Positions 1 through 10,780 of a stretch of 64,000 nucleotides of DNA are shown piece by piece (position 1 is the stretch's first letter; every line of letters starts with the position of its first letter). Source of the DNA: Anthoceros angustus (lineage: Eukaryota; Plantae; Anthocerotophyta); the NCBI GenBank assembly GCA_010909165.1, contig MU008210.1, positions 124,001 through 188,000 on the forward strand. Direction: 5' to 3'. The notes beneath the pieces are model-generated. The model was given only the letters and a program-made list of their open reading frames with translations. It ran no database searches and was not told the origin of the DNA. The position numbers and the translations under genes are program-made.

Positions 1-107
1 GGAGGGTGAGGGGTTGAGGCGACCCTCTTGCCTCTCCCCAGGAGGCAGGACCCGGCTCCGGTGGGGCTGCGATGGCCTCCCGCTCCTTGGGCGTCCCTTC
101 GCCCTTC

Positions 108-1030
108 TCACGCCTCTTGACTTCTTGCCACTCCGTTGGCGGGGCAGAACACAGGCGCCGTCAGAGTCTGCGTTGGCGGGTGGCACCGTCTTCCTCTTGG
201 TCCCCGGAGTCCGTCGGGGCTCAGTCGGTCCGTCGTGGGTGGTGGTCGGGCCGTGGGCTCCGCTCCTGGGCCGCCTCTGCTTCTGCTTTGCTCGGTGGGG
301 GCACCGGGAGGAGGAAGCGGGATGTCCTCCCACACTTCCCTTGGTGGCGAGGGGTCGCTCAAGCGTATGGAATGCAGGATTCCCTCGAGTCTTCCTCCAG
401 CGCTCTCTTGCTCGGACGGGTCTTCCACCTCTGGGTTCTTCCTTACGCCTCCGGTGGGCGGCCGTCCCTTCGGTCTCCTCTTCTCCTCCTTGGGAGGTTG
501 CGTGCCCCACATGAATTAGGCAGCGATAGCGGCGGAGAGCTTCTCACACCTCGACTTGAGCTTCACGATTGATCTGGCGAAGATGATCCTTCCCAGTCGC
601 CTCCTTCCTCTGCGGCGCATGCGGGGAACACCGTGGTGTCACCAAGGTGATCTACCTTGGTGAGCATGTTCGATGGACAATTATCACAGCCTTTGCTCAC
701 CCTCTGCTGCAACTCGACATCAACCCGTTGGTTGTTCGTTGCGTTCACAGCTTCGATGCGGGCGGCCTTTTGCGCCTCTATCTTCCCAGCCTTGAGGGGT
801 TTGGGACTCCAATTTCCTCATTTGAGCGGTTGTACCCCGCCCTCGGGACCTCCATCACCTCTTGGAGTCCTCGAAGGCTCTTAGCCGAACCTCCTTGTTG
901 TGCCAACATCTTCGGCGTACTCGAACTGGGTGACCTTTGTCAAATGTCAAAGCGGACAGAAAACGTCAATGCCCTCCTCGACTCCCCACCTCCTCGGCCC
1001 GGCCACTCGGCCGTGTGGATTTGAAGGGGC
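108..1030 (-). pseudogene. Fragmented coiled-coil/Pro-rich ORF, probably TE accessory sequence of an unassigned family
   Basis: Stacked minus-strand ORF pieces (563-748, 108-512) with a charged helical segment followed by a low-complexity tail. No recognisable domain. Confidence 0.25.
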
Positions 1031-1319
1031 TAGGGAGCTCCTTCCTCATATGGGCATTGTGGACCACGGACTCTCCGGAGTAGGAAATGAGTTAGGTTTT
1101 GTTTTTCATTGCTGCAGTACAAAATAAGTGGAAAGGAAGAAATAAGCCGGACTACTCCGATTTGTACTCGGACTACCTCCGGGTAAGGCTGAGTAGAGTG
1201 GAAAGTCGAGCACACTCGGAGGATCTCGAACCACCTTGCCGGATGTCGGGATAAGTCAGGACCACCTCCGAGGCGGGGCAGGATAAATCGCGAGTAACAG
1301 AAGTTGGACACCCTTCCTA

Positions 1320-2308
1320 TCGCTCCTGCAAAGTTAGGGAGGTGTGGTTTGCCCCCTTGCACCTCGTTTCCCTTCCCTCTTTCTCTTTTTCTTCCTGCAC
1401 CTCCTCTTGGCGTCCTGCTGCCTTTTCTCCTCCGTTGCCCAACTTGCGCCCTTCCTCTTCAGCTTAGCATGGGCGTGTGTACGGCGCGTTGCTGTATGGG
1501 GGCCTTGGGAAGCTTGAGGTGTGGCGGCGCCTTCTGTGAGGTTGTCTCCTTGAGTTTTGAGATTGTGGCCTCTTGCAGGCACAGCACCACTTTTATAAGT
1601 CACCCAAGGGTTAGAAAAGTAACTACCATTCTATCCTGCCCTTGGATGTGTGCCACGTGGCCCTTTCTCACATGATGTTAGTTTCCTAATTCCTTATACT
1701 AAAATACCATTTTCCCTATTTTCTAATTTCTAATTGAAAATTAGCCTCTAATTTCTTAATTACCTATTTTGGCCTATTTATCTAGTCCACTAAAAGACTC
1801 TATATATAGCAAGCCTATCCTAAAACATAAGCTACTTTCCTTAGCCTATCTCCTACGTGGTAGGACATCCTCCTACCATGGTAGGCGTTTTCCCTTTCTC
1901 CTACCACGGTAGGAGTTACTCCTATGGCGGTAGGATACCTTCCTACCCTCTCCTACCATGGTAGGAGCTATTCCTACACTGGTAGGTGATCAAAACACTA
2001 GCAGGGTCATTCTCCTACGGTGGTAGGATCTCTCCTACCCTCGTCTACCATGGTAGGAGTTTCTCCTACGGTGGTAGGACACCTCCTACCACTCATGTAG
2101 GTTACCTTTTCTCCTCACCAGAAGGTCGTTTTGACCCGTTTCTTTTTCCCTGCATATCCTCTTTGCCTTCCCGACATGGTCCTACAACTCCCGCTCAAAA
2201 AGGAGCAAAAAATTTCCTTGCATGTCTTCACCAAACCATTTCTAGCAAAAGAGTGTGGGCTGTTTCAAAACTCATTTAAGCTTGTTGCCCAAACTTTTGC
2301 GTTCCACA
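1320..2308 (-). repeat. Truncated 3' LTR of element I (first ~1 kb of the giant LTR)
   Basis: Begins TGTGGAACG directly after the PPT. Near-identical to the start of the 5' LTR. Confidence 0.85.
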
Positions 2309-2321
2309 TACTCCCCTCCTC
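2309..2321 (-). other. Polypurine tract (GAGGAGGGGAGTA)
   Basis: Purine run immediately 5' of TGTGGAAC and ~30 bp after the pol stop codon. Confidence 0.85.
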
Positions 2322-2350
2322 ACTGTTTGCGTCCTCGCAAACAACAGATC

Positions 2351-3990
2351 TCAGTGAAGGTACTTCTTAACCTTCCACCCATTCACTCTAGTTGGCGCAA
2401 ATCCCCATCCGGCTGCGTGGTTGCGGATCCATTCTCATACTGCCACCACCTCATAAGGTCCCATCCATCTCAACCTAAGCTTCCCTAGGAAGTCCATATA
2501 TCGGCTATCATATAGAAGAACCAAATCCCCGGCCATGATAGCTTCTTGCTTCCTCAACTTCCCATCATGCCTATCCTTTCTAAGCTCCTGAATTCGCTGA
2601 GTTTCTTCTAAAGCATCTTCCCTACGTTCCTCCTGCTCTATGAAAGATTCTAGTCTAGCTACCTGACTATCCTCTACAGTCATGCGTTCATCCTCCATGA
2701 TTCTATAGGTAGGTACTTCAAATTCTCAGCATCACAGGAGACATGCCATATGTTAAATAATAAGGGGTCTTCTTGGTTGTCACCTTCTCCGTCACTGTAA
2801 GCCCATAATGCTGCATCTAAGATCTTCTTCACCGTGATTTACCGAATAATGGCCTCCAACCTCTTACGCATGCAAAGCTTCTTTAAGAAGAAGCTTCCTT
2901 CCCTTCAAACAACGTCGGATCTTCTCATCCAAACCAAGCTTGTATAAGACCCCATCTCTTAGACAATAAGGCACAGCTCTAGGGAGAAAGACACGCCCTT
3001 CCCTAGACAAACTATCCAACATGATTCCGTGCTCCAAGAAATTTCATACCTCACCATTCAATAACGTGGACATGGGAGTCCTTCACGTTCTAACCTCCTC
3101 CTTCGCATACCACGTCGCCTCCTAGCTCACCAGCAGCCCAGACGGCGTTGTTCCATCCACAAATCCAGTTTCTCCCGCTTTGTCCATCAAGTTTTTGAGC
3201 TGCGGCCCGTTTGCATGCTCCTCCTCCAACAATGTTCGGTTCTTCCATTCCTGGTCTAGCCTCGTGTCCAGGTCCAGCTCGTGCTCCCATGGCGACCTCC
3301 TCGCTGTTGCACCATGGCCACCTCATGAGTGATTTCCCATGAATCGCCATTTTCTTCTCCTTTTTGCTCAAGCTTCTCATGGGATGCATCTCCTTCCTCG
3401 CCTCACCTACCTCCCTAGGGCCTTCTCCTCCTCGCGGCCCCATGGCGCCCTCGCCTGCCAAGTGGGGCGCCTTTTCTTTTGAGCTCCCATCCGTTTTGCT
3501 TCTTTCTTTTGCCAACGTGGCCTCCACTTGCAGCCCTCTGACTGCTCACCCTTGAGGCATTCCAGCCTCCTCCTCCTCGCCCATACTGGCGCCCTTTTAT
3601 CCCCTCGGTTCCAGTTGTCTGCTGCGGCCTTTCACTGCGCTCCTTCTTGCTCATTTGACCTCTCTCTGGCAGCAAGGCTTGCTGATCAATCCTTAGGCCG
3701 TCTACAACATGCTCACGTCCTCCCCTTCACCCGGGCCGTGGCAACCAACTCCTCGTCGAAAATCGGTCATCTGGCCTCAAGTCGCTCTCCGGTTTCGTCG
3801 AAAAATGAAACCTGCATTCTCATGCTCTTCCCGCACCTTCTTAAACTCTACCATCTCCTCTACACTTAGAAATCTTCACCACCTTACCACATTCTAGCTC
3901 TAATTTTTCTATGGCACATGGATCTACATGTGTTCCTCTAACTCCTTCCTGCCTTCAACTTTTTTTAGAAAGGTCATACCATAGGCCTTG
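2351..3990 (-). pseudogene. pol: Deleted pol relic: integrase C-terminus and Zn-binding region, RH-INT linker, RNase H end
   Basis: ORF 2435-2698 reads ...[26 protein letters not shown] (GPY/F region). HYSGKITVKKIL at ~2820-2860. RNase H end at ~3740-3830. PR, RT, most of RH and the INT core are absent compared with 29370-33800. Confidence 0.85.
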
Positions 3991-5900
3991 CTTTTTGAAG
4001 GCTACATCCTTGGTGGCCGTGGTGGTACTCTCTCCTCTATGTAATCATACAAAGACTCCCTCCTCTTCCTTGTGAGTCCTCAACGGACCAGCGTGTGATG
4101 TGCATAGCTTAAGCCACAAAACCGGTTCAAAGATACAGCTCTCAAATCATCCCAATCCAATGGTGATGCCCATAGTGTGACTATACCACGGGGCATGACC
4201 TCGAAGTACTCTAGGAAAATTTGGAGACAATCCACGGTGAGACTTCCAAATTCGCATGAGTCACATGTTCAAAGTTTGCACAAAAGCCTCATCATCTTCA
4301 CCTCGTTCTTCTCCCCTCCCATATTGCTGGCTGTGGGGTGTGACTTCCACCACCTCCACTTCCTCCACTCATGGTTGAGGCGTCCACAAAAGCGTGGGCA
4401 CACCTCCCAACCTGTCTGGCTAAACAAATGCTGCAGCGGGATGTACTCGACTTGGGCACACAAGCTCAGTCCTCTTAACAAGCAAGGTTGAAAGGGCAGC
4501 AAGATGGGATAATTGATCAAGACCTTGCAAAGCTCACCATTAGATCTGTACCCCAACTTCTCCTTGCCAAATCTCACCCTCTTGCCTTCCTCCTCTTGAC
4601 GACCAACTCGAGCTAGAAGAGCTCAACAATCCACGAAAAATCCTCCTCTTGCAAGAGCGGAAGATGTACCTTGAAATTATTAACGGCTCGGTTCTTGACC
4701 CTCACCCTTGATCGGCAACTCCTCGGCAACAACCTCCTTCCTCTCGCTGTCCGTGAGCACAACCTCCTCTTGCTCTTAGACAACTACCTCTTCTTCCTCA
4801 ACGGAACCCTTGAAGATGTTAGCACATGTAGCTTCCTCCAAGAGTTCTCTCCTCCACTTCTTCCTTTGCACAGCAGCAACTAAGCTTTCTTCACACATGA
4901 TTTCTCCATTCAGTTCACAAATCCCTTGCAGACAAAGGCGGGTGATCTCCTCTCAACTCCTACACGAAATTACTTCCTCCCTCCCCTAGACTTACGCACG
5001 CTCACCCCTCAACACACAACTATCCAAACAGCCTCCCCTCCTACTCCTGTTCCACTCATGTTGCTTGGTCCGGATGAGCTAGGCGAACTCACACTCCCTT
5101 CCTCTCCTGCAGTAAATTCTCCAACCAAAGTTCTCTGAGAAAGGGTGTCCTGCACAAAGATTGGGGGCGGTTGTGGGATGGTGTCTCCCCTAGGTGTGCG
5201 TCCCAAGGCGTGAGCTGAGCGGTGATTCTATCAAGCGCTCCAGATCTTGAGACCACACAGAAATTCCGCTCACCCACCTTCTTCACTTTTGTTTATTGGA
5301 AGTTGAGCTAGATCCACCACTCACGAAGGTCCAGCGTTGAAGGCCCGGTGCTGGTAGCTGAACTTGAATCGTGCTCGAAGCGGTGCTTCCTCCTCGCTTT
5401 CCTCTTCACAACCAACTCTTCTTCAACCACCTCCTTTGTTTTCGGTGATTTGGCGTCCCCTTCTCGAGCGTTTTCGCTGGATCACTTGGCTCCCCTTGTA
5501 GGCAAGGGCAAAACAACCTCCTCCTCAAGCGCCCTTAGCTCTTCCTCCTCCTGGAGCCGCGTGCAACCACCTGCGTTTTCCTCCCTCCATTGATTTCTTC
5601 TTGCCTCTTAGATCTCTTGCGATGTGTGGGGTGACCTCCTATGGTTTTCTCCTCTCCCCTCCCTCTGACATCTGCAAGCATCCTCATAGCCTCCAAAACA
5701 CGGTTGTTAAAGAAAAATCAGCCAACCGCCATCGCCATTCTTGCTGCGGAACAAAAATCACACACCATTCGGAGGCGTGGAGCTCCTCCTTCACAACACC
5801 GGTTCCAGGACGTGTAGGCTTCTTCCTAGACCCCGCTCCACCTCCTTACAAGATCTTCTCAGCTCATCACAAGCTAGCAACAAAATCTCAAAATTTCAAA
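3990..5900 (-). pseudogene. gag: Frameshifted gag with long N-terminal extension
   Basis: 4000-4270 is homologous to the Retrotrans_gag core at 51200-51480. 5060-5900 aligns with 51570-52440. Confidence 0.75.
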
Positions 5901-5910
5901 TTGCCACAAG

Positions 5911-5924
5911 TCCCGACAGCGCCA
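5911..5924 (-). other. Primer binding site TGGCGCTGTCGGGA
   Basis: Lies 3 nt after the LTR end CCCACA. Identical at 52445-52458. TGGCGC-type PBS as in Athila/Tat elements; the tRNA is not identified. Confidence 0.8.
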
Positions 5925-6763
5925 AAATGTGGGAGGAAAACCCGGGGCACTCCGAGATTCCCCTCTAGCGGCCACACTTATCCCTTTTCGTTTCGCGTTG
6001 GGTTTCGTCCCATGAGACTTTGGCAGTCGAATCTTGAGAAATCCGTCACTACAGCTACACACTACCTCAGCCTTCTAAACAAGCAAGGCGCCCTCTCACG
6101 CTCCCTCTACAGCTCGCGCCCGTCTTTGCCCGTAAACTCACCAAACCTCAACCTACAGACACCACACAATTGCAGTTCGTCTTGACAAGGTGTCTATCAC
6201 GGGCAGGGGGACCCACACATAACCGTCCCTACTCCTAAGACACTCTTCTCCACAGGGCGCCCTCTTACTTGCAGTTGGGATTCGTCCCTTAGGCTCTGCT
6301 GTGGCCTTAGTTTTCCTACACTCTAATCCTCCTCACAACTCTCTCAATCAACAACGCCCTCTTCTTCTCTACTCATCTACCCTTCCTTCCTCCACAATCT
6401 CCTACTCTAACACCAATTCTGGCTCATTAATTCCAACTCGCCCTTACGGCTGTTGCAGGGTCCGTCCAGGAAGTGTGAGTTCTTCCTTGGGCGGTTGCTA
6501 TGTGGTTTTTGCAGACGAGAACCTCCGAGTCTTTCCTAGTCTACCCTCAAGCCGAGTTCCTTGAGCATCGCCACACACTCAAAGCAAAACAATTCACACA
6601 ACCATTCACAAGGGAGCAGGCGCTGCAAAGAGCAAGCCCTCCAGCACTCCAGCGTTCTCCTCTCTACGGACCTTTGCTTGGCGGCCGGCACGAAATTCTG
6701 CACAAAGTGAAGGACTCGGGAGGATGGGAGGCGACACGATAATTTTACTTCACAAGCTCCCTC

Positions 6764-6771
6764 CTTTTATA
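6764..6771 (-). promoter_or_regulatory. Distal TATA box (TATAAAAG), probable gag-pol promoter
   Basis: Lies ~840 bp before the LTR end. Conserved at 54973-54980. Equivalent TATAAGAG in family B at 38540 and ~20860. Confidence 0.55.
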
Positions 6772-7155
6772 GGGAGGTCCTCACATGACCTCCCACAGCG
6801 CCCTCCAGCCTTACTCCTTATTTTAGTGTATCCTGTTGCCGGACTTTAAGTTCGACATCCAAGCATCTTGGGTAAAATTCTATTCTAGCAAATTCACCTA
6901 TGTGAGCCTTAATGGCTCTGTCAACATTCCTATCTAGCTAGTCAACACACTCTCTGGTGACAAGCATTAATACTGTCCTCCTCTAAAGAAAAGTCTTCCC
7001 AAGTGGCATCTTGCCCCATGTCTTCAAGCTAATTTAAGGACTTCTTATGAATCCCTTCCTTATCTTGAGTTCCTTCCTCCAATAAAATAGCCGGGCTCTC
7101 TTAGCCCTCATCCTCGACTTCTCCTCTTCCTCTCACTTGTGGAGCAAGTGAGCTC

Positions 7156-10100
7156 TTACTCTGCACCCATGTTGGGAGGTTGGTCTTCTCCTTGTGATTC
7201 TTGCTCCATTCTGCAAGATCAACCCCTCTTCCTTCTTTCGCAAGGGCCAAGGTACTCGCCTCCCTTGCCGTCAAATCCATGCTAGCGACCTTTGAATCCG
7301 CTGCTTCTTGGCCCTCCTACCATGGTAGGACCTTCTCCTACCACGGTAGGAGTCCCTCTACAGTAGGAACTCCTCCTACCACGGTAGGAGTTCCTACAGT
7401 CGTTTCTTCTTCCACCCCTTCACAGGGTGATTCTCTCCACAGCTTCCCCTTTCGCTTCTCCACAGTGCAGTTTCTCCACCCATTGCTTGGGACACTCTCC
7501 AAGTCTAAGGCTTCCGGTTGGACTTGCATGAGGGCCTCCCTATCATCATGAGGTCCCAACATCCTCCTCTCGGCAAGTCGCAACAACTCGTTAGTGGCCT
7601 TGAGCACCTTGTTGTGAAGATGGGCTGCAAATCGTTGTTGTGCCATCTCAATTCTTCATAATCCTCAAGCCATACTCCATGCTCACACTTGCTTTTGTAA
7701 GCATCTCGCTCCAAAGCTCACGGTCTTGACATGGAGCCACATTCTCCGTCCTCTCATTCTGCGGTTGGCGGATCAATCTCTCTTGTAGGGCATAATCAGA
7801 AATCTGCTCCCTCACCGCCAACATATGCCACCACCGCCTCATGACGGCCTTTCTCCTTTGCCATTTCTTCCTCCAACTCCCCTATCCTCCTAGGGAGTTG
7901 TGCATTCTCCGTTCTTTGGACTTCTCGTTCCATTTCCAATCTTTGGACAAAATGTGTCCGTTCTTCCAGCTCTTCTTCCTTCAATTCCAGCCTCGTGGTT
8001 TCTCCCAGCTCCTTTTCCATGTCACTAATCTTCCACGCTCATGGCTATGACCGCTCATGCCTGTCTCTCATTTGGTTTCATTTCCTTCTTCTTTTTCCCT
8101 TCTTGTGCCTTGTCTTCTCCGCCTCCTCTCAGTTCACCTTCTCCTCTTCGGCTCCTTGTAAGACCTTCTTTTGAACATCCTCCCTTGCACTTGTTCTCCT
8201 CCAACATTCAAGTCTCCTTTCTTCCTCCAGCTCCTCAAGGCCTTCTTGCTCCTGGAGCCTCCTTGCTTCCCTATGGGCTCCTTGCTCATCACTTGGTGGG
8301 CAACTCCCTCACTGGGGCTCCTCCTTGCCCACCTAAAGGGCGGTTGCCTTCTTATCTCCCTCTTGGGAGCTTCCAAACCGTGACTTCCTTTCCCTCCTAC
8401 CGTGGTAGGAGGTGCTCCTAGTAGGACTACTTCCTACCGTGGTAGGACTAATTCTGCCCTGGGCCTTGTCATGAGAGGGCGAAGGGGTCCCAAACCAGAA
8501 CACCTCCCACCCTCAGATTCACCATGGTAGGATCTATCCCTTCCATCTCCATCCTCCGGTCCAAACTTCAAATCCCCTACAACTTCTCCTTGCAAGTCCT
8601 CCTGCACATCCTCGGCCTATCTTTGGAGGATTCCTTCCGGCAATAATGTCCGGTGGTGCTGGCACCTCCTTTTACAAGCACCAAGCACTCCCCTCTCTGG
8701 TAAGTACACAATGTTAAAGGGATGCTTGGAATCATCCAACTCCTTACTTGTGAGTAGCCCTCTACTTCCCACAAATGCACTAGATAAGTGCTAAGATAGC
8801 ATGGCCTTGGTCTTCATCCAGCGTTGGGTTTCAACTTTTCCGGTGGTAGGTGTATGCTTCATACATGATGAGCCCCAATCCGGCTTCGCTCCTTGAGTGA
8901 TCTTCCATAGAAAATGGAGGAAGGTAGTGCTGAAATATGACACCCTTGGATTGCTCACCAAGCCCAAAACAATTCTTGTGAACAATCTCCACTTGGGCTC
9001 CAAGATTTGGTCCGTCCGCCAACCGTTCTTGGACTTAGCCTTCATGCCCCTTGCATAAGTGTAAGGGCTCCCTTGGGAAGATCCGCCGTTGATGCACGCT
9101 TGCCTCCTCGTTCCTTCCATCAACGTGATTCCGCTATCCTCTATCCACTGCCATATACACGCTCCTCTCCAACACATGGATCCGTCCGTCGTTTCTATCC
9201 GGTGGCAGCCAATTCCTCTTCTCTGCTGATTAGCAAAACACTCTCTATCAATTCAAGGTTGGTGTAGACCAATGTCGCCCATACACCCACTCTATTCTCC
9301 TCTCTCTGCCCAAGGTCGAAAGTCGAAAGGTCTCTAGAGGATAGCTGGCACCATAGCACGTAAATAAGGGCATGTCAAATTTCCACCCTCAGTCCGATCC
9401 TCGCCTTAGACCTCTTGCAGCTCCTGCGCCACCTCCTTGGTGGACGCTCCTTCCTTAGCTACTACCTCCTTGCCCTTGGTCATGGTAGGCTTGGTCATGG
9501 CCTCCTTGGTTAGTACTTGCAGTGAAGAAAAGTGATGCCTCTCCTGCAATTCCTGCGGCCGACTTCTTATCCTTGCAAGCGTTTCTCCTCCTCGGTGATT
9601 TGCTCTTGCTCACAGCTCAAAGGTCCTTGCCCTTGCTCTCCTCCTGCAGTCCTTACACCTTGGCGTCCCAAAACCCGATTTCTCCAGAAAGCTCACCAAA
9701 ATTCCCCCACGGACTCTTACACCCACCTTTAGAGCCCTTCGGTTTCCTAGCAATCTTGCCACGCTCCACCCTCCTAGGCACCCTCACGAGCTTGGCAAGT
9801 GTTGGGTTCGCCCCAACCTTCTTCTCCCTTCTCTTCTTCCTCAATTTCCTCCTTCTTCTCTTGGGCGCGCCTCCTCAGCTCACGCCCTTCTTCTTCCCTT
9901 GCCACCTGGCCTTGCACCTAGCCTTCCCAAGCACCAACTCCTGTTATGATTTGCGAATTCTCCTCCAAAGTTCCTCACGGTCCTTACACTTGTGTCTCGA
10001 TTTGGGGCTTTTCCTTCACAATTTCCTCAATCCTGCCACACTTCCTTCGCTCCTGCAAAGTTAGGGAGGTGTGGTTTCTTACTCGTTTCCTTCCCTCTTC

Positions 10101-10170
10101 TCTTTTTCTGCCTCCTCTTGGCGTCCCTTTTCTCCTCCGTTGCCCAACTTGCGCCCTTCCTCTTCAGCAT
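7156..10170 (-). pseudogene. LTR-encoded accessory ORF of family A (~1000 aa if frameshifts are corrected)
   Basis: Chained same-strand ORF fragments. Basic N-terminus MLKRKGASWATEEKR. Conserved core KNGW...KWRLFTRIVLGLVSNPRVSYFSTTFLHFLWKITQGAKPDWGLIMYEAY. Coiled-coil C-terminal part RDAYKSKCEHGVW...HLHNKVLKATNELLRLAERR. Confidence 0.7.
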
Positions 10171-10274
10171 GGGCGTCTGCAGCGTTGCTGTATGGGGCCT
10201 TGGGAAGCTTGAGATGTGGTGGCGCCTTCTGCTGAGTTGTCTTGTTGGTTTTGAGTTGGCCTCTGCACACTCCA

Positions 10275-10342
10275 CTTTTATAAGTCACCCAAGGGTTAAG
10301 TAACTACCATTCTATCCTGCCCTTGGATGTGTGCCACGTGGC
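10275..10342 (-). promoter_or_regulatory. G-box (GCCACGTGGC) plus TATA (TATAAAAG) promoter upstream of the LTR ORF
   Basis: G-box at 10333-10342 and TATA at 10275-10282. The same pair occurs at 1590-1661, 42906-42978 and 58469-58540. Preceded by an AT-rich tract. Confidence 0.65.
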
Positions 10343-10539
10343 CCTTTCTCACCGTTGATGTTAGTTTCCTAATTCCTTATACTAAAATACCATTTTTCCC
10401 TATTTCTATAATTTTGAAAATTAGCCTCTAATTTCTTAATTACCTATTTTGGCCTATTTATCTAGTCCACTAAAAGACTCTATATATAGCAAGCCTATCC
10501 TGCCTAAAACATAAGCTACTTTCCTTAGCAACCTATCTC

Positions 10540-10780
10540 CTACGTGGTAGGACATCCTCCTACCATGGTAGGCGTTTTCCCTTTCTCCTACCACGGTAGG
10601 AGTTACTCCTGGGTGGGATGCCTTCCTACCCTCTCCTACCATGGTAGGAGCTATTCCCTGCAGTAGGTGATCAAAACACTAGCGGGTCATTCTCCTACGG
10701 TGGTAGGATCTCTCCTACCCTCGTCTACCATGGTAGGAGTTTCTCCGGTGGTAGGACACCTCCTACCACTCATGTAGGTT
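10540..10780. repeat. Array of ~9-10 palindromic CCTACCRYGGTAGG-type motifs
   Basis: Direct reading. Equivalent arrays at 1850-2101, 43185-43460 and 58735-58970. Confidence 0.9.

Noticed and set aside
1850-2101. CRISPR-like appearance of the palindromic repeats
   Set aside because: Repeats are 12-14 bp with short irregular spacers that are the same in each LTR copy. There are no cas genes and the context is a eukaryotic TE.
5928-6926. Model of ~1 kb LTRs shared between head-to-tail elements, with TGGCCGCTAGAGG (~5962-5974) as a tRNA-Asn-like PBS
   Set aside because: That motif is also present in 3' LTRs, ~45 bp inside the true CCACA end. The real PBS follows CCACA, and the 5' boundaries at 10979 and ~59172 define 5 kb LTRs.
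7156-10170. Calling the LTR ORF an env gene
   Set aside because: No signal peptide or clear transmembrane helix is visible on the coding strand. The Leu/Phe-rich hydrophobic ORFs are antisense shadows of Glu/Lys/Arg-rich sequence.
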